Assembly: GCA_002104905.1 (NCBI GenBank)
Contig: MCFE01000579.1
Location: forward strand, 1 to 56,523
Reading direction: 5' to 3'
Source of the DNA: Basidiobolus meristosporus CBS 931.73
Taxonomy: Eukaryota > Fungi > Basidiobolomycota
Length of the DNA stretch: 56,523 bases
Both the position numbers and the translations under genes were made by a program. Below, piece by piece: positions 21,356 through 35,248 of the stretch. Under the pieces are notes generated by a model. It saw only the letters and a list, made by a program, of their open reading frames with translations. It did no database searches and was not told where the DNA came from. How positions within the stretch are numbered: the stretch's first letter is position 1; each line of letters begins with the position of its first letter.

Positions 21356-22809
21356 ATGTTGTTCTGGTTCTTCAAAGCCGTGTACAACACCAGCAAGTTC
21401 GCCTTCATCTTTCTGACCCTGACGCTTGCTTTCGAGCTTGCCGGCAAGGAGTACGGACTGTTCTTATCCGGGTTGGAGTTTCTGCTGTTCTCCACGTTTG
21501 CGTTGTTACGGGCGGTTATCCCTTCCACGAGCGTGGTAGGTTTTTGGCACGATCACCGCTTTGTTGATGGGTTGTTTACTAATGGTGTGACAGCGTGGCG
21601 TGGTTGGCGCTGTAGAAGCCATCCTCACTCTGAGTGTAGTGACGGGAGGCCCTCGTTTGTTTGACTTCGTACAACCCTACCTATTCCTCCTCATCTCCCC
21701 TTGGCAACTGTTCCTCCAGCTGGCCTTACCTATATCGGTTCTGTTGGAGGGGCTGGCCAGCGTGATCGTGTTTTGCGAGATTGGTAAGGTCGTGAACCAC
21801 ACTGTCCAAGTACGAGAGGGGACCCAGGTAAGTACCGCTTTGTTCTCGTGTACGCTTTCAACCCCACCCTAACCACGAAACTAGCCGCTCTTCCTAGGTG
21901 GGGCGGTGGGGATCTCCGCGCTCACCTGTTTCGGGATCTACGCCATCTTGGGCTCCGCCGTTTCCAGCACCTACGGTTTCTTCATGGGGTGTTCGGTCAC
22001 CTGCGCGGTGGCGTTGTGCGCCTTCGCTATGTATTCGGAGAAGAACAGTATCGTGGACTCGGTGTTGCTCGTAAGTTCACCCACACCCCCTGACTTGGGT
22101 TATCATGATACTGACGCTGGCCACAGATCGCCTACATCACCTTCAACTTCTGGATGATCTCGAACCCTCTGAACGAGACCCCGATCCATATCGAGCAGCC
22201 CGGCCTCGACTGGAGCTATCTAAACGTTTTGAGGTAAACGAGTCTTCTCAGGGGACGCTCCCCACCTATCTTCCCCCCCCCTCCACTCCACTCGACTCAC
22301 CCGCGACCCGTGCCCAGCCTGGACTGGCAGGCGGTCATCCTCTATCTCTCGAAAATCTTTAGCAACTTGCTGGGTTTCCTGTGGTCCATCTCCGACCAGT
22401 TCATCATCTCCCTATTCTACCGGTTCGGCGTCATCTACGCCGGCATCCGAATCGTCACTCTGCTACGTCTCTCGGAGGAGACGGATCCGTTCGAGGTATG
22501 TCCTTGGCTCGCCTTTCCCCTTCCCCTTCCCCTTCCCCTTCCCCTTCCCGTTCCCCAATACCACCCACTCACCGATCATCTTCTCCCCAGTCGAACGTCT
22601 CGTTCATCGGCGTCCTCCGTCTGCTGGTCAAACCCTTGTTCGTCGCCATGTACACCTACTCCTTGATGATCCACCACGGTCACTTCACCGCTTACTCGCA
22701 GTTCTTCCAGTGGCTGAACATCCTGTGGTCGATCGGTGTCTACGTGGACGCCACCTTCCTCGCCTACGAAGACAGCCCGAGCCTGGTGGATCACTGGAAG
22801 ACGGAGTAG
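21356..22809 (+). CDS. ICE2: ER membrane protein Ice2 (about six exons)
   Basis: LAFELAGKEYGLFLSG, LALPISVLLEGLASVIVF..IG, IISLFYRFGVIYAGIRIV and LFVAMYTYSLM..FFQWLNILWSIGVY match recalled ICE2-family motifs. Exons are separated by GT-AG introns. Confidence 0.8.
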
Positions 22810-23329
22810 TCCCCCTTCCCCTCCCGGGGCCCCCTTTCAAGGTTCGCTGGACGCGCGCAGGGTCCGTGGCGAAGGGAATTCCGTGGGGAGGTTCCACTCG
22901 GTGTCCATTCCAGTCCAGATCCGCTTTCATCCCACCTCACCTCACCTCACCCCACACCATCCCATCTCATGGGTTCCCCCCCCCCCCAAATAAACCAAGT
23001 GTTCATTCTCCATCGGGTCCGGTCCACCAAAATTGCCCCGAGTCCAAGGTCAGCCAAGCGTGCGAGTGGGAGAGGGGACGACCTGGGGTTTTAGGGCCCT
23101 ACATGTTCTCCGATGTAAAGTCTACTAGCAAATAGAACGTGGGCGCGGATGTACGCCCTTCTGCGTGGATGACACCACTTCATCTCCATGCATACCAGGT
23201 GGTAAGGGTATCCCTCCGCTGGAGGGTTCAACATCGTGTGCTGTTGGTTTGTCACAAGATGTTAGGTTGCGATGGATGTTGTGGATATTTAGGGTACACC
23301 TAAATTACTCATACCTCACGGTGAAATAT

Positions 23330-23635
23330 CCAATTGACAGAGTTGCATTGTTGGTTGATGAGACGAAATCAGTGGGCATACAAGCCACTTATGAAGATGT
23401 CATGGTTACCCTCCTGTACAGCCTAACAGACAGGTTTCAGGGCCTTGTATCAGCACAAGACTCCAGAACTGAAGATTTGACCTTTAATCATGTATATGGA
23501 AGGCTGCTGGATGATGAATTAAGAAAATCAAGTGCCAACCAGAGGGATGAAGAATATGTTTCAATATGCTATGATAACTACCAAAGGATGTATTCAAGAC
23601 CCTTTAGAGGCAACAGCTGCTGTAAAAGCCTGTAG
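23330..23635 (+). pseudogene. Ty1/copia gag fragment
   Basis: IDRVALLVDETKSVG..DVMVTLLYSLTDRFQGLVSA..SR..LTF..VYGRLLDDE matches the copia gag (UBN2/Retrotran_gag_2) pattern. Confidence 0.7.
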
Positions 23636-23670
23636 GTACACCTAAATATGCACCTAACATAGCCATCTAG

Positions 23671-26600
23671 TGTTGTAAGAGTTGTGGAGATATTGGAAGT
23701 GATTAGGAGGACAAGTAGATTATGTGGTTATCACTTAATGATTTATTGAATGTAAAAGTAGTATTTATACTTATACATGATCTTGGCATTACAAACATGT
23801 AGAATAGGTTAAGGAAGGTCCCAAGAACATGTGTGCAAGGTTTGGAGATGTTTAGACAACTTTGAGAATTTTCATGATCTGGGTAAATATTCTAAGTAAA
23901 TCCCAACAAGGAATTTGATCAGTATTCTCTAGGATTTGAAGGTGATGATCTAAGTGACTAAGCTAGGTGAATATTGAGGTGGAATTACAAATTTTTACAA
24001 CACTCCCACTCAGCTAAATGTTCATACTGACTAGTCCTAATTTTGACCTAAGTTATTCAAACTTTTCTCTAGCTAATGGTTTTGTAAACATGTCTGCAAT
24101 CATTTCATCTAAAGGACAGTAAACTAAGCTAACTAAGTTCTTTTCTGTAGCTTCACATATGAAGTGATGTCTAACATCTATGTGTTTAGCTCTGACATGA
24201 AAAGTTGGATTTCTACCTAATTGTATACTTCCATGATTATCTTGAAATAAAGTATTAGGCGTTTTTTGACATAGGCCTAAATCTGTAAAAAGCTTTCTTA
24301 ACCACATTGCTTCTTTTGTAGCTTCACAGGCTGCCATATACTCTGCCACTGTGGTAGAAAGTGCTACGGTTGGTTGCTTTCTTGAATTCCATGAAATTGC
24401 TCCTTGACAGTAAAGAAAGGTGTATCCTGTGGTGGGTCTGCTATCTTCTAAGCTTTGTCTCCAATTAGCATCAGAGTATCCCTCAAGATTCTGTTCTGCA
24501 TTCTTATAAGTGTATCTTAAGCAGATATCAGCAGTTCCTTTTAGGTATCTAAATATCTGCTTAATTGCTGCAATATGATCAGATCCATAGTGCTGATTAT
24601 GCTAGCTGACAACCCCCACTGAATATGAGATATCTGGACATGTTCCAAGCATGATATACATCAGACTGCTAATCATAGCTTGATAAGGAAAGTCAGCGCT
24701 TTCTGATGGCACCAAGCTCTCTTCATTTGGTTGAGTTTTGACAATGTTAAGGTTTGACTCCTTTGGGGTAGCTCCCAGTTTACAGTCTTCCATTTTGTAC
24801 TTCTTTAGTATATCTTGCATATACTTGGATTGGCTTAGGGTAATAGTCTGGGTACTTCAGTCTATGGAGAGCTTAATCCCTGATTAATAACTGAGTTCTC
24901 CCAGATTGGATATCTTGAACTTCTTAGATAGGCTGGATTTAGTCACTTCCAATGTTTCTAGGTTATTAGCAGCTATAATAAGGTCATCCACATATAGAGC
25001 TAATAGAACTAGATTTGCTCTATCTGGCTTATAGTATATACTATAGTCAGCATTACTCCTCTTGAAACTCATAGATTCTAAATAAGAATCTATCTTGCAA
25101 TTCCAAGCTCTTGGTGATTGTTGAAGACCATATAGAGACTTTTTAAGCTTGCAGACCAAATAGGGGTTATCTTGATCAACAAACCAATCAGGCTGGTCCA
25201 TAAACACGTCCTCATCAAGTTCTCCACTCAAAGATGCAGTTTTTAAATCCATTTGATGAATAAAAAACTTATATTTGGCTGCAATTGCCAACATTAATCT
25301 GATGTAATTAAACTTGGCTACCAGTGCAAAGGTCTCAGTATAGTCAAGTCCTTTTGTTTGAGAGTATCCTTTGGCCACAAGTATTGCTTTGTATCTTTCA
25401 ATTGCACCATCAGCCTTGTATTTTGTCTTGAAGACCCATCTGCATCCAATTGATTTTTGGTTGATTGTTAATTTGACTAAGTCCCAAGTCTGATTTTCCA
25501 TCAGGGCCTGATATTTCTCAGTCATTGCAGATCTCCAAAACTTTGTCTGAGGGCTATTTAGGGCCTCTTTTACAGTCTGGGGTTTATCAATATGGACTGA
25601 ATAGGCATAGGCTAAGTTTGTACCCTCATTGATATAGTAATTTGGGCTATTACTTGTCCGATTGGATCTCTGGGCATTTGATACTGGAATGATCACATCT
25701 GGGATACTCCTGGGCACTGCTTCAGGCTGACCACGGTTGTAGAGTCCTCTGGAGTGAAAAAATTCTCATTCTTTTGCTCTGATTCAATCCTGATAATTTG
25801 TGGACTTGAGATCAGATTTTTGTCATCATCTGATGTCATTTTTTGACAAAATTTTGAATTTTCATCAAACAACACATCCCTGGGCTTGATTAGCTTCTTT
25901 GCCTTGCTATTGTAGAGTCTGTATGCTTTACTCTCATTGCAGTAACCCAAAAATATGCATCTTGCACTTTTTGGCTCAAATTTTGACTGATTTCTGGGCA
26001 GTTTCCTGACATATGCTGTACACCCAAATATTCCTAGATATTCTGCACTTGGTCTATACATGTACCATGCTTAAAACGGAGTAGAATCACAAAGTATTCT
26101 GCTATAACTCCTATTTCCAAGGTATATAGCAGTGGCAACAGATTCCACCAAAAATCCTAAGATAATTTTTGATCATGGATCATAGATCTTGCCATATCAA
26201 TTACTGATCTGTTAGCACATTCTGCTACTCCATTTTGCTGTGGGGTGTATGGTACAGTAGTCTCCTGCTTTATCCCATGAATTTTGCAGAAGTGGATGAA
26301 GAGTTTTGAGGTATATTCTCCACCATTGTCAGAGCATATTTTTTTGATTTTTTCACCAGTTTTTCTTTCCACCATGGCTTTAAACTCCCTGAGCTTTGAC
26401 AGAGCCTCTTCCTTTCTCTCCATGAAGTAGACCCATGTGTATCTTGTATAATCATCAGTAAAAGTGATTAAATAACTCATCCCACCTAAGGATTAATTTT
26501 GCATAGGTCCACACAGACTTGAGCAAATTAAATCTAATTTTTTCTTAGCTTTCATTAACCCAGAGCTCTTGAATACTTGCCTGGCTTGTTTCCCATGTAT

Positions 26601-26854
26601 TCAGGCTTCACAGTGCTGCAAATTAGCTGGTGGATCAATTTTACTCTGGAAATTAGCTGATCTTTGATCATTTTGTGCAAATAATCAAAATTGATGTGTC
26701 CAAATCTTCTGTGCCAAAGCATTGGTGTTTCTTCATTTAAGCTACTTAAGTAATGCCAACAAGGAATCTAATCAGTATTCTCTAGGATTTGAAGGTAATG
26801 ATCTAAGTGACTAAGTTAGGTGAATATTTAGGTGGAATTACATATTTTACAACA
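23671..26854 (-). mobile_element. Internally deleted Ty1/copia LTR retrotransposon
   Basis: 3' LTR at 23671-24002 (TGTTG..CAACA), with PPT GAGTGGGAG on the minus strand at 24003-24011. RNase H (AEYMAA..AMWLR, KHIDVRHHF), RT (WVFKTK, LLALYVDDLII) and integrase (DDYTRYTWVY, SDNGGEY, PQQNGVAE) are present but fragmented. Partial 5' LTR at ~26756-26854. Flanks are TCTAG/CCTAG, a 5-bp TSD with one mismatch. Confidence 0.92.
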
Positions 26855-26859
26855 CCTAG

Positions 26860-27630
26860 AATATTAGCTACAAATCTCAGTAAATTCTGACCAAATTCCT
26901 TAACAAGACTTCATGTTCTTGGTATACAATATCTTGATGAAGTCATTCCAAGCAAACTGTGACAACTTGTCCAAGCAGCCACATTCCTCAGATGTGACAT
27001 TTTAGCTTTGGCAAGTTTCAACACTGTACATGCCAAAAAATTCCTTCTACCCATCATCAAGAAATTCTTGCTAAACAGGTTTTTATAGGATCCAACAGAG
27101 CATTAATTCAGGTTAGAAAGGGAGCTATCATAGCACGCTTCAATGGCAGTCAAGGAGCCCATGCACTTACCTTCAAATATGTACTCAATGTACTGGAAAT
27201 AGATAAGAAGTGACTATCTGTAAGCCAGGCCACAGTAGAAGAGCTTGGTATCAACTTTGACAGTTCTGGATATAAGATTACCAATCTAAATCTAAAGTAT
27301 CAGCAAAATCTATGAAGCTTGATTTAAACTGAAGCATTCCTAGAAGTCAACATAGGTACCTTAAGTAAAGAAACATCAATGCTTTGGTACAGGTAACTTG
27401 GAAGTATCAATTTTGCTCATATGGACAAAATAACTCAATATTGGCTAATCTTCAGAGTAAAACATGATCCCCAGCTAATTTGGAGCACTGTGAGAATTGC
27501 ATAGGTGGGAAACTAGTCTGACAGCTGTTCAAGAGCTCTGGACTTGTGGAAACTAAGAAAAATCAGATGCTTTTTCACTCAGATCTAAATGGGCCAGTCC
27601 AGAATTCATCCTTGAGTGGGAAGTATTATA
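26860..27630 (+). pseudogene. Highly decayed Ty1/copia gag-integrase relic
   Basis: Fragments CKPGHSRRAW (zinc knuckle), LWYR*LGSINF (gag-pre-integrase), CENCIGGK and FHSDLNGP..SLSGKYY. Confidence 0.6.
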
Positions 27631-27699
27631 GGAGGTTTGGAGATGCTGGATGCAACTCCAAGAATAAGTATTTTATGTGGCTTGCACTCTCATTTAGAT

Positions 27700-28041
27700 T
27701 AAGTCTCGAGTAGTGGTTACTTTTGCAATATCAATGGAGAATTGGTGGGGTCAGGAAGTAAGGAGGGTGAAAAAGAGACAATAGCTAATCAACATATAGA
27801 TATGTAGGAGGTAATTGAGTTTCCAGGATCCAGAAGTGAGAGAATTAGTAGAGGACTAATCAAAAGACACTTGTGTGCTGTTGTGGTGAGAAATCATGAT
27901 CAAGTGTTTGTGAGACCTGAGGTGCAATTCTTTTTCAACAATTTTTGCATGGTATCCTGATGGGATCAATACCTCTTAGTCATAGGCCTTCAATTTTGGG
28001 ATGGCTTTTTGAAGGGATCATCACAATTATCTCACATAGGG
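27700..28041 (+). mobile_element. Right-terminal fragment of a CMC/CACTA-like element (copy C)
   Basis: Similar to 45400-45713. It ends ..ACAATTATCTCACATAGGG, the same terminus as the element at 31253-45713. Confidence 0.65.
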
Positions 28042-28949
28042 TTAAGAAAATAGCTGTTGTGTTGTTGGTAATTCATTGTGGCTATTATGGGATTCAGTCT
28101 GTTCCAGGCTCATGTCATTGATTGGTGAGAACTGCAGAATTTCTCTCACACTTCCCTGTCTCTGGCTTTGGTAGGCATTTTTCCCTCTAGCTTTTCCTTC
28201 ATCACTGCCAGATCTTTCACTGCTACTTTGTCTAAGTGCTTCTCATATTCAACTAAAATATCTTCTTGATAAATACTGCACTTGTGCATCCTTTTTCCTG
28301 CTTGTCCCTAACCAGCACTCCTTTGGCATCCTGATGTTTCTTTGCCATTTGTTTTGAGCTTTTTAGCCCTATTTGTGACAGTCCCTGAGGAAGCAACTGG
28401 TTTTCATCACTGAAAGGTTGTTCACTGCTACTTTGACTGGCTGCTTCTCAAATAAAGCTAAGGTATCTTATTGATAATGTGGCACTGGTGCATCCATTTG
28501 TGCCTACCTGTCCCTTTCCAGCACTTTTCCAGCTAACTGATGTTTCTTAGGTGCTTATTTAGAGGTTTGGCCTTGCTTGTGACAGGCAGTTGAGGAAGCT
28601 ACTGGTCTTTAGCCATAGTGCTCTTGTTCTTCTGCAACTGCATGTATATGCTATTCCTGAGATATTAACTTGGCATACAAATGCTGGTCTAAAACTCTTT
28701 TGTTTGTTTGAATTCAGGATAATACTTAAGAAGCAGGTCAAGTGCCTTCTGCTTGCCCCTGATGATCAGATGATAAGCCAGCCTTAAGGTAGTGACATGC
28801 TAGATTTCTAGCAACCTCTTGAATATTAGCCCACTCTTTATTTCTGAACTGAGGGCTTCACAGATCTCCAATGTCTTTTGATTTTAGGCTTGGGTATAAG
28901 TACCACAGTCTCTGCTTCTCATGCAGTGATAGGTTTTTCTGTAGACTTT
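28042..28949 (-). pseudogene. CMC-element accessory ORF, copy A (continues after 49729)
   Basis: Reverse-complement similarity to 42357-44835 and to the copy at 51.8-52.7 kb. The sequence is split at ..GACTTT / ATCTTATGGCAC.. by the Harbinger insertion. Confidence 0.7.
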
Positions 28950-29755
28950 GGACTTGTTCCATTGTAGTGTGCCAGGGCACGTGGAGCAATCTGCGGTCTC
29001 AAAGAACAATTGGGCGTGATATTGTAGCAACCAGTAGGCAGAATTGCTCTTTGACAATTTTGCACCATGTGGGACAATCTTGCACACTATGGCACAATCT
29101 GACACAATGAGGTTGGCACAAATGATTGCGCCCACCTGTAATGTTTGCATCATGTGCACAATTAGATACCTCTATTATGATAGGTAAAATCTGGTATTTG
29201 GATATGTTTCTTTAATGTAAATGGAAATAAATGCGTAGCACACTGTAAACTAAGCTGATACTTACCATTTTGGTTACAATCACTCCAATTGGATGGTAAC
29301 TCAGTGCTTAATTGGTTCAAAAGTATCCTGAAGCTGTAAGCCCCCAATTGGCTCTGTGACCAATACACAAGCTACCTGATTTGCCATCAAATATTCTATT
29401 TTGCCAATTATGCAAGTAAATCCCTGATCCTAGTGATTGGACAAGGTGTCATAGCTAGCACACAACTGATTGTATGGGTGCAAATCAGACCAAATAGCTG
29501 CACTGGTGCCACAGATGATGTATACATATGCAGGGTGTTTATTTATAGAGGTCCTGTCTCTAATGTGAGACAACCTTAATATTGCTTGTATCAAAAATTT
29601 AGTGATCACTGATTTGCAATGGCTTGATGCGGATTGCAAAAAAGATGTGTTGTTTAGATCATTACAAAAAATAGCAATTCAATGCAATTGCATCATCTTC
29701 TCCTAGGCTTTTTTCTCACAGGGATTACTACTGAAGCATTTGGTAGTGATTCACT

Positions 29756-30640
29756 TTACACACCTAAACTACTTTCTTGTTGACTATCCTCTTGGCCCCA
29801 CTCCAATGGACTTGTGTCTTTTTGAGCAGTTTGGCGGGTTCTGGTGGTTTTGCTCTGAAGCATGCATGTTGACCCAATACGTGTTGAGTCTATGTGGGGT
29901 GCTCTTGTGAAGGGTGTTGGCATAGCTTGGACTAATGTGCGCAAGCATGCTGAGGTTGTAAGGGATGGTAAGGAATCCAGCAAGGCATGCTGGTGCAATC
30001 TAAACAATGTTGCTTGCAGTCTGTATTTTTCCTCTTGAAGCTCACCTTCTGATTCCTCAAGGTATTCACTTACCCTCTGTCTAATACTTTGCAACTGTTG
30101 CCTGGATGAGTCCTATGTATATTGCTCTTGGAAGCCACTTAGCTCTACTAATATATCACGTAATACATTAGTCATATGAGGCAAAAACTCATTCAAAATC
30201 CCTTTGGTTCCCAAAGTCAAGGCACAAACAGACACGTCCTGCCCGTACTGTGCAAATTGAGTGCAAAATTGTTCCTGTGTGGCTTCCTCATCATATCCCC
30301 TAACTCTCAGCTCATCCTTGATATCAATACTTGCCTTGGTATATATCTTCTTACATGCATCTGCTGGCATCTTGATGTAAAACTCATGCCACAGCTTCCT
30401 ACTAAGGTTCTTCCATCTCTGTTGACTCTAAGCTATCTAGTTCTGCTAGATTAATGAGTAGTGCCCAAATATCTGTTTGAAGGCTCATCATAGACACTTG
30501 GGCCATACTGAAATCTTTTGGCAAGAACTCAAACAGATCCAACATTGCCTTTTCTGGTCCAGACTGTGCTTGTGAGCTGGGGGATGGGTTTTGTCTGGGT
30601 TGAACTAAAGATGAGTTAAGACTTGGTATAGGGATCATAG
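29756..30640 (-). pseudogene. Harbinger second (accessory) ORF, fragmented, function unknown
   Basis: A chain of ORF pieces (30402-30638, 30113-30370, 29756-30094) lies divergent from the transposase. A partly deleted homolog is in the inner copy at ~48050-48650. Confidence 0.55.
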
Positions 30641-31799
30641 TGACAGATTTGGATACTTATACAGTGGTGTATTGGCATCAACCTGGTCTTATATGAAATT
30701 TATATGAAAACCAATGTGATTGTTGAGTTTTCCATATATTATACATATTGCATCTTGGATCACATTGACATGGATCAGATCACATCAATTGCAGATTTCC
30801 TATTTGATTATAGACTTGTGAGTAAAACATCAATAAAAATGCCCAGTCATTGTTTGAGGATAATTTTTGCAACATAATGATGGGATACATGGTATTTGAT
30901 GGAGATTCAATCATAATGCATGGAAAATCAGATAAATAAAGCTGATCAGGCCAAATTGAATCAAATCATCTCAGCCCAATCCTTACCAATTTTAATATGA
31001 CTTACTCATCTGAATGGTCTTTTCTCATTAATCCCATCACTACCACTGGATTTCCTTTTGACACACTTGAGGATATCTATACCAAGTACTGTGGTCTATC
31101 TACCCCAATCTACTCAAGGAGATCCCTTGTTAGGCTTCTCTACTATTACAAAAACTATTGCCCTACAAGGTTTCATCCCACCATCCATGGCAACAAAAGT
31201 CCTAGAAGCTTTCATTCCCAGCTGACAGCAATGGAGAACCACCTTGCAGAGGCCCTATGATAAATAATTTGGTCCCACGGGTGGATCCAGTCCAGATCAT
31301 CCATCAAGATCCCATTTAGTGACCCTCATAATAACAGCAGCTTGGAATTAGTGACCCTCCTGACAATCTTTTAACATGATCATGACGGTGTTTTGCAAAT
31401 TTTACAGCCAAATAAAGGGATAAAGTGTGACAATTTTTGATCAGTGCTGTGACAATATTGCATGGCATTGTTGCAGTCTTTCAGCACTCTATTACTATTT
31501 AAGTGGATCCAGTTGGCCAGGACTTCCAATTGCCTTATATGGCAAGAAACTTGATGGTATCTTGACGGCCTCACAGCAAGACTCTGATGGCTTTTTCTTG
31601 GCATATGATGGCCTGCTGCTGGTTCTGTATAATGCTACCGTACCAATTTACCAAATGGTATTTCCTTTTTCTACCTCCCCTTGTGCAATTCATATATTTT
31701 ACTGTAGAATCATCTTTCTTTATTTGCTTACCCACTACTACCTTGGGTATTCCACATATAGTTTGAATCAAAAAAAACTATGGCCTCCTGCTTACTAAC

Positions 31800-34419
31800 A
31801 TCTACAAACGCACACACCTGCCGCAATTGACATACTTCTATCACCTCAACTTTACGGCTTTTTAGTGTAATACTGGCAAAGTTGCCATATATCTTTCACT
31901 GGTGGTAGCATATACATCTTGCAAACATATGCTTGGTTGTTGCCACTTCTGCCATGAATACCTCCTGAATATCCGCAAAGAACCTCTTGGTATTTAGCCA
32001 ATATATTCCTTCTCCCTACTGGATTCTAGTCCCCCTTATAGGTGCGCTCTGGCTTTTGTCTGTGTGAATTCCATATTGAATGGTGTAGAAGTTGGCTTGT
32101 GACCACAAGAAATCTGGCATATCTTGGTGGAGTTTTCCTGATAAAAATTAGTTGCTTGTTGCACCCAACCCAACTTTGCATTACTTAACTGATTATCCAC
32201 GCATTGGAGCTGCTTAGCTTCTTAATGCCATAGGCATAGGTGTCTCCATGTGCACGTTTGTCCTCAGTATTTTCCAACTCTTTCTGGCTGTCCTCCATGT
32301 GCTAACTCATCACATCCATGACGGACTTGAAGATAACATTCTTGATGAGATTGGGATATGGTTGTACCTGTGACTTGACTTGTCTTCCTATCTCCCCACA
32401 CATCTGCTCCATAGGAAACTCCCAAAAGGTGAAGCAAGGCCTGATATTCTCCACACACCATGCAAGATGGAGTAGAGAATTGATATAGTAGCGGCAGAGA
32501 TCTACACATTCAGCTTTATGTTTGTAGTATAGCTGCTCAAACCCCGTCACAAACTCCTCACACAACAGCTGTAGATGCGTAAAATTGGCATTGGTGATCC
32601 GCTTCTGGATAAATATTCCTACAATGTCCACGTATGACTCCCAATGCTTCCAATATACTCTTGGTAGGAATGGCTTCAGAACACCACTTGAATAAATACA
32701 TATCCAGTTCATCCAGTCTTTGCATTTGTATTGTTGTATATGCATATGAATATTAATTGGAGCCTGTGGGAAGTACTTAGGGTAGCGGATACTCTGTAAT
32801 ATCTTGCCAATTCTTTCAAATTTCTCCGGTATCTTGAAGGGCCCATTTAGCTTGAAATGCTACATGTACAACTTGGTCATCAGTATAGGGATATTGTTGA
32901 AAAGCAAATGCATTGCTCCCAGTGGAAAGCTTTTGCTCCAACAGATACCCTCTATCTTAAGTATCTCCGGTTTCTGATTGATTCCATATTCTGGCCAATG
33001 GCTTATAGCTTGCCAACTTTGCTGCAATTGCATGCTTACTTCTGTACATTCTCTCTGTGGAAAGTTGATGTTCTTAGTGCTAGTGTTTGGGTAATAATAA
33101 TGTGCATGAGTTATGGAGTAAATCCCCTGGATCTCACACATTTGACAGCAATACTGTCCATTGTGCCCAGAAACACCTGCTATCTTGCTGATGGCTGGGG
33201 TATCTCTAATGCAGATAATAATATGCGCTTGTACATGATGGCCATTTACTGTTATCCTGCTGGAAAGCATACAAAATTCACTCAGTAATGGATACAGGTA
33301 GCTATCCAGGTTGGACAGTGATTTAGGCCCAGATACCAGTGAGACTACCATCAGATTATTGCTCTGATACCGTAAGATGGGCAGCAGATTCAGATTGATG
33401 AGAGTCAGTGGCCAGCAGGATTTGCTGGTAGAGTACTTGTTTAATTGGAATCTCTCAAGTGCTAAAGCAAAGGCATGGTCATACATACCTTCAAAGCAGC
33501 CCTTGCTTCTTAGCTGTTTGTAATGTTTGCCATCAAATATATTAGATATGTTTGCACTTGATTGATACTAAGTGCGGTACTGTATAGCTTTGCAATATTT
33601 GTCAGACTGCATCAGCTTCCTCAGACAGGGTATGACCGGAATATATCCGGAGTGTGAACAATGTTTTCCCTCAATGGTGGTGGATTCCTGACAATTTGAA
33701 CACGTTTCAATGGTAGCATCTTTGGATGTGAATGCCATGCAACTGTTAACACATGCTGGAATCAGAACAGTCTCTAGATCATATGTTTCCAGCTGCATGA
33801 TGGTTGACCACTTGTACCATGTACATGGTAAGTTGTATCCCGGTACAATTTTGGCAAGAAGTAGTAATAAATCCTCAAAGCCCCCATTACTGATATTAGT
33901 GGAAACACGCCACTTCTCTAGCCACAACATTACATCATTCACCAGTAGATGAATTACTGGGATCACTTGGCTCCATAAAGTATCCTTGGCGCTTGTTTCA
34001 AAAGGTGCTGTCTCATTGCATATAGGGATTTGACTGGGCTCATTTGTGGTACTGTTGTTAGGGGAGATAGGCTCAAAATCCATCAGTGAACCTTCTTTGT
34101 CAGAGCTATCACTCTGCATGCCATATTCAGAAGGCTGAGGTGAGCCTAAAGGTGTCACAAACTCACCTGACTCAGTTTGCACAAGGTGACAAAGATGGCC
34201 AGGTGCTAATATAGAAGTATCAACTGGCCGGGAATATAATGTTGGTAGAGTAGTGACTGATGAATGGTCAAATATGACTTGGGTGGCAAAACACTGGCTG
34301 TGATCCTTGTAATACTTCCTATGCTGTCTGCGTGCTTCATGGCTGAGAGGCTTGCCACAATAGCCACATGGTCTTTTTTCTCTTCTCTTACGGTGTTGAG
34401 TCAAAGTAGTCTTGTCCAT
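31800..34419 (-). pseudogene. CMC/CACTA Tnp2-type transposase, frameshifted
   Basis: N-terminal CGYCGK..H, then CVNSCMAF..CSNC, WPLTLINLNL..RY..GPK..LDSYLYPLLSE, DTPAISKIAG..GHNG..CCQMC and LLHLA..WEFPMEQMCG. Confidence 0.85.
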
Positions 34420-34515
34420 GGGGCAAACAGTTTGACCTTCAACAACTTAACGCTATTATATCAATTTTTGGTCAATACTCATGTGAACTTAAGACAGTCT
34501 TGTATTTGAGACATT

Positions 34516-35248
34516 AGGCTTGTTCTGTTGGATAGTGCCACATTGAGCCATGAGTGCTAAATGATGCCACAGTGTGCCAGAGAGGCCAAGTGAGCCTCTA
34601 CCTGGCCACAGAGTGTGAAACATAGCTCTGCATCTTCATGCAAAGCAGCCCCTGTGTTTCACCCATTGTTTTGGAGAAAATCCATTTTTTGACCTTTTTT
34701 TTGGATCAATGTTGTGCAGGATGTGTTAGAGCACAAGCAGATTGAAGATATGCATCTGGTACTCAATACCTATGGCACTCTGAATCTAGCTCCTATAGCT
34801 TGTATCATGTCACAAAAATGAATGGCACTATCTTGGCCCACTGGTACTATCTGGCACTATATTTAAATATTAGCCCTAAAGTAAGATTTATACAAAGCAC
34901 TTATAGTGCCAGATAGTACCAGTGGACCAAGATAGTGCCATTCATTTTTGTGACATGATACAAGCTACAGGAGCTAGATTCAGAGTGCCATGAGTATTGA
35001 GTACCAGATGCATATCTTCAGTTCTCCTGTGCTCTTACACATCCTGAGCTACATTGATCCACAAAAAAAGGTCAAAAAATGGATTTTCTTCTGCGCAATG
35101 GGTGAAACACAGGGGCTGCTTTGCATGAAGATACGGAGCTATGTTTCACACTCTGTGGCCAAGTATAGGCTCACTTGACCTCTCTGGCACACTATGGCAT
35201 CATTTGGCACTCATGGCTCAATGTGGCACTGTCCAACGGAACAAGTCT
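34516..35248. mobile_element. Harbinger-derived fold-back MITE, copy 1 (733 bp)
   Basis: AGGCTTGTTC...GAACAAGTCT, TSD ATT. Inverted arms of ~340 bp surround a spacer of ~45 bp. Confidence 0.92.

Noticed and set aside
85-22809. The genes as one functional cluster (e.g., a peptide biosynthetic cluster exported by the ABCG)
   Set aside because: The functions are unrelated, no RiPP tailoring enzymes are seen, and the ABCG is ~11 kb and several genes away from the repeat protein.
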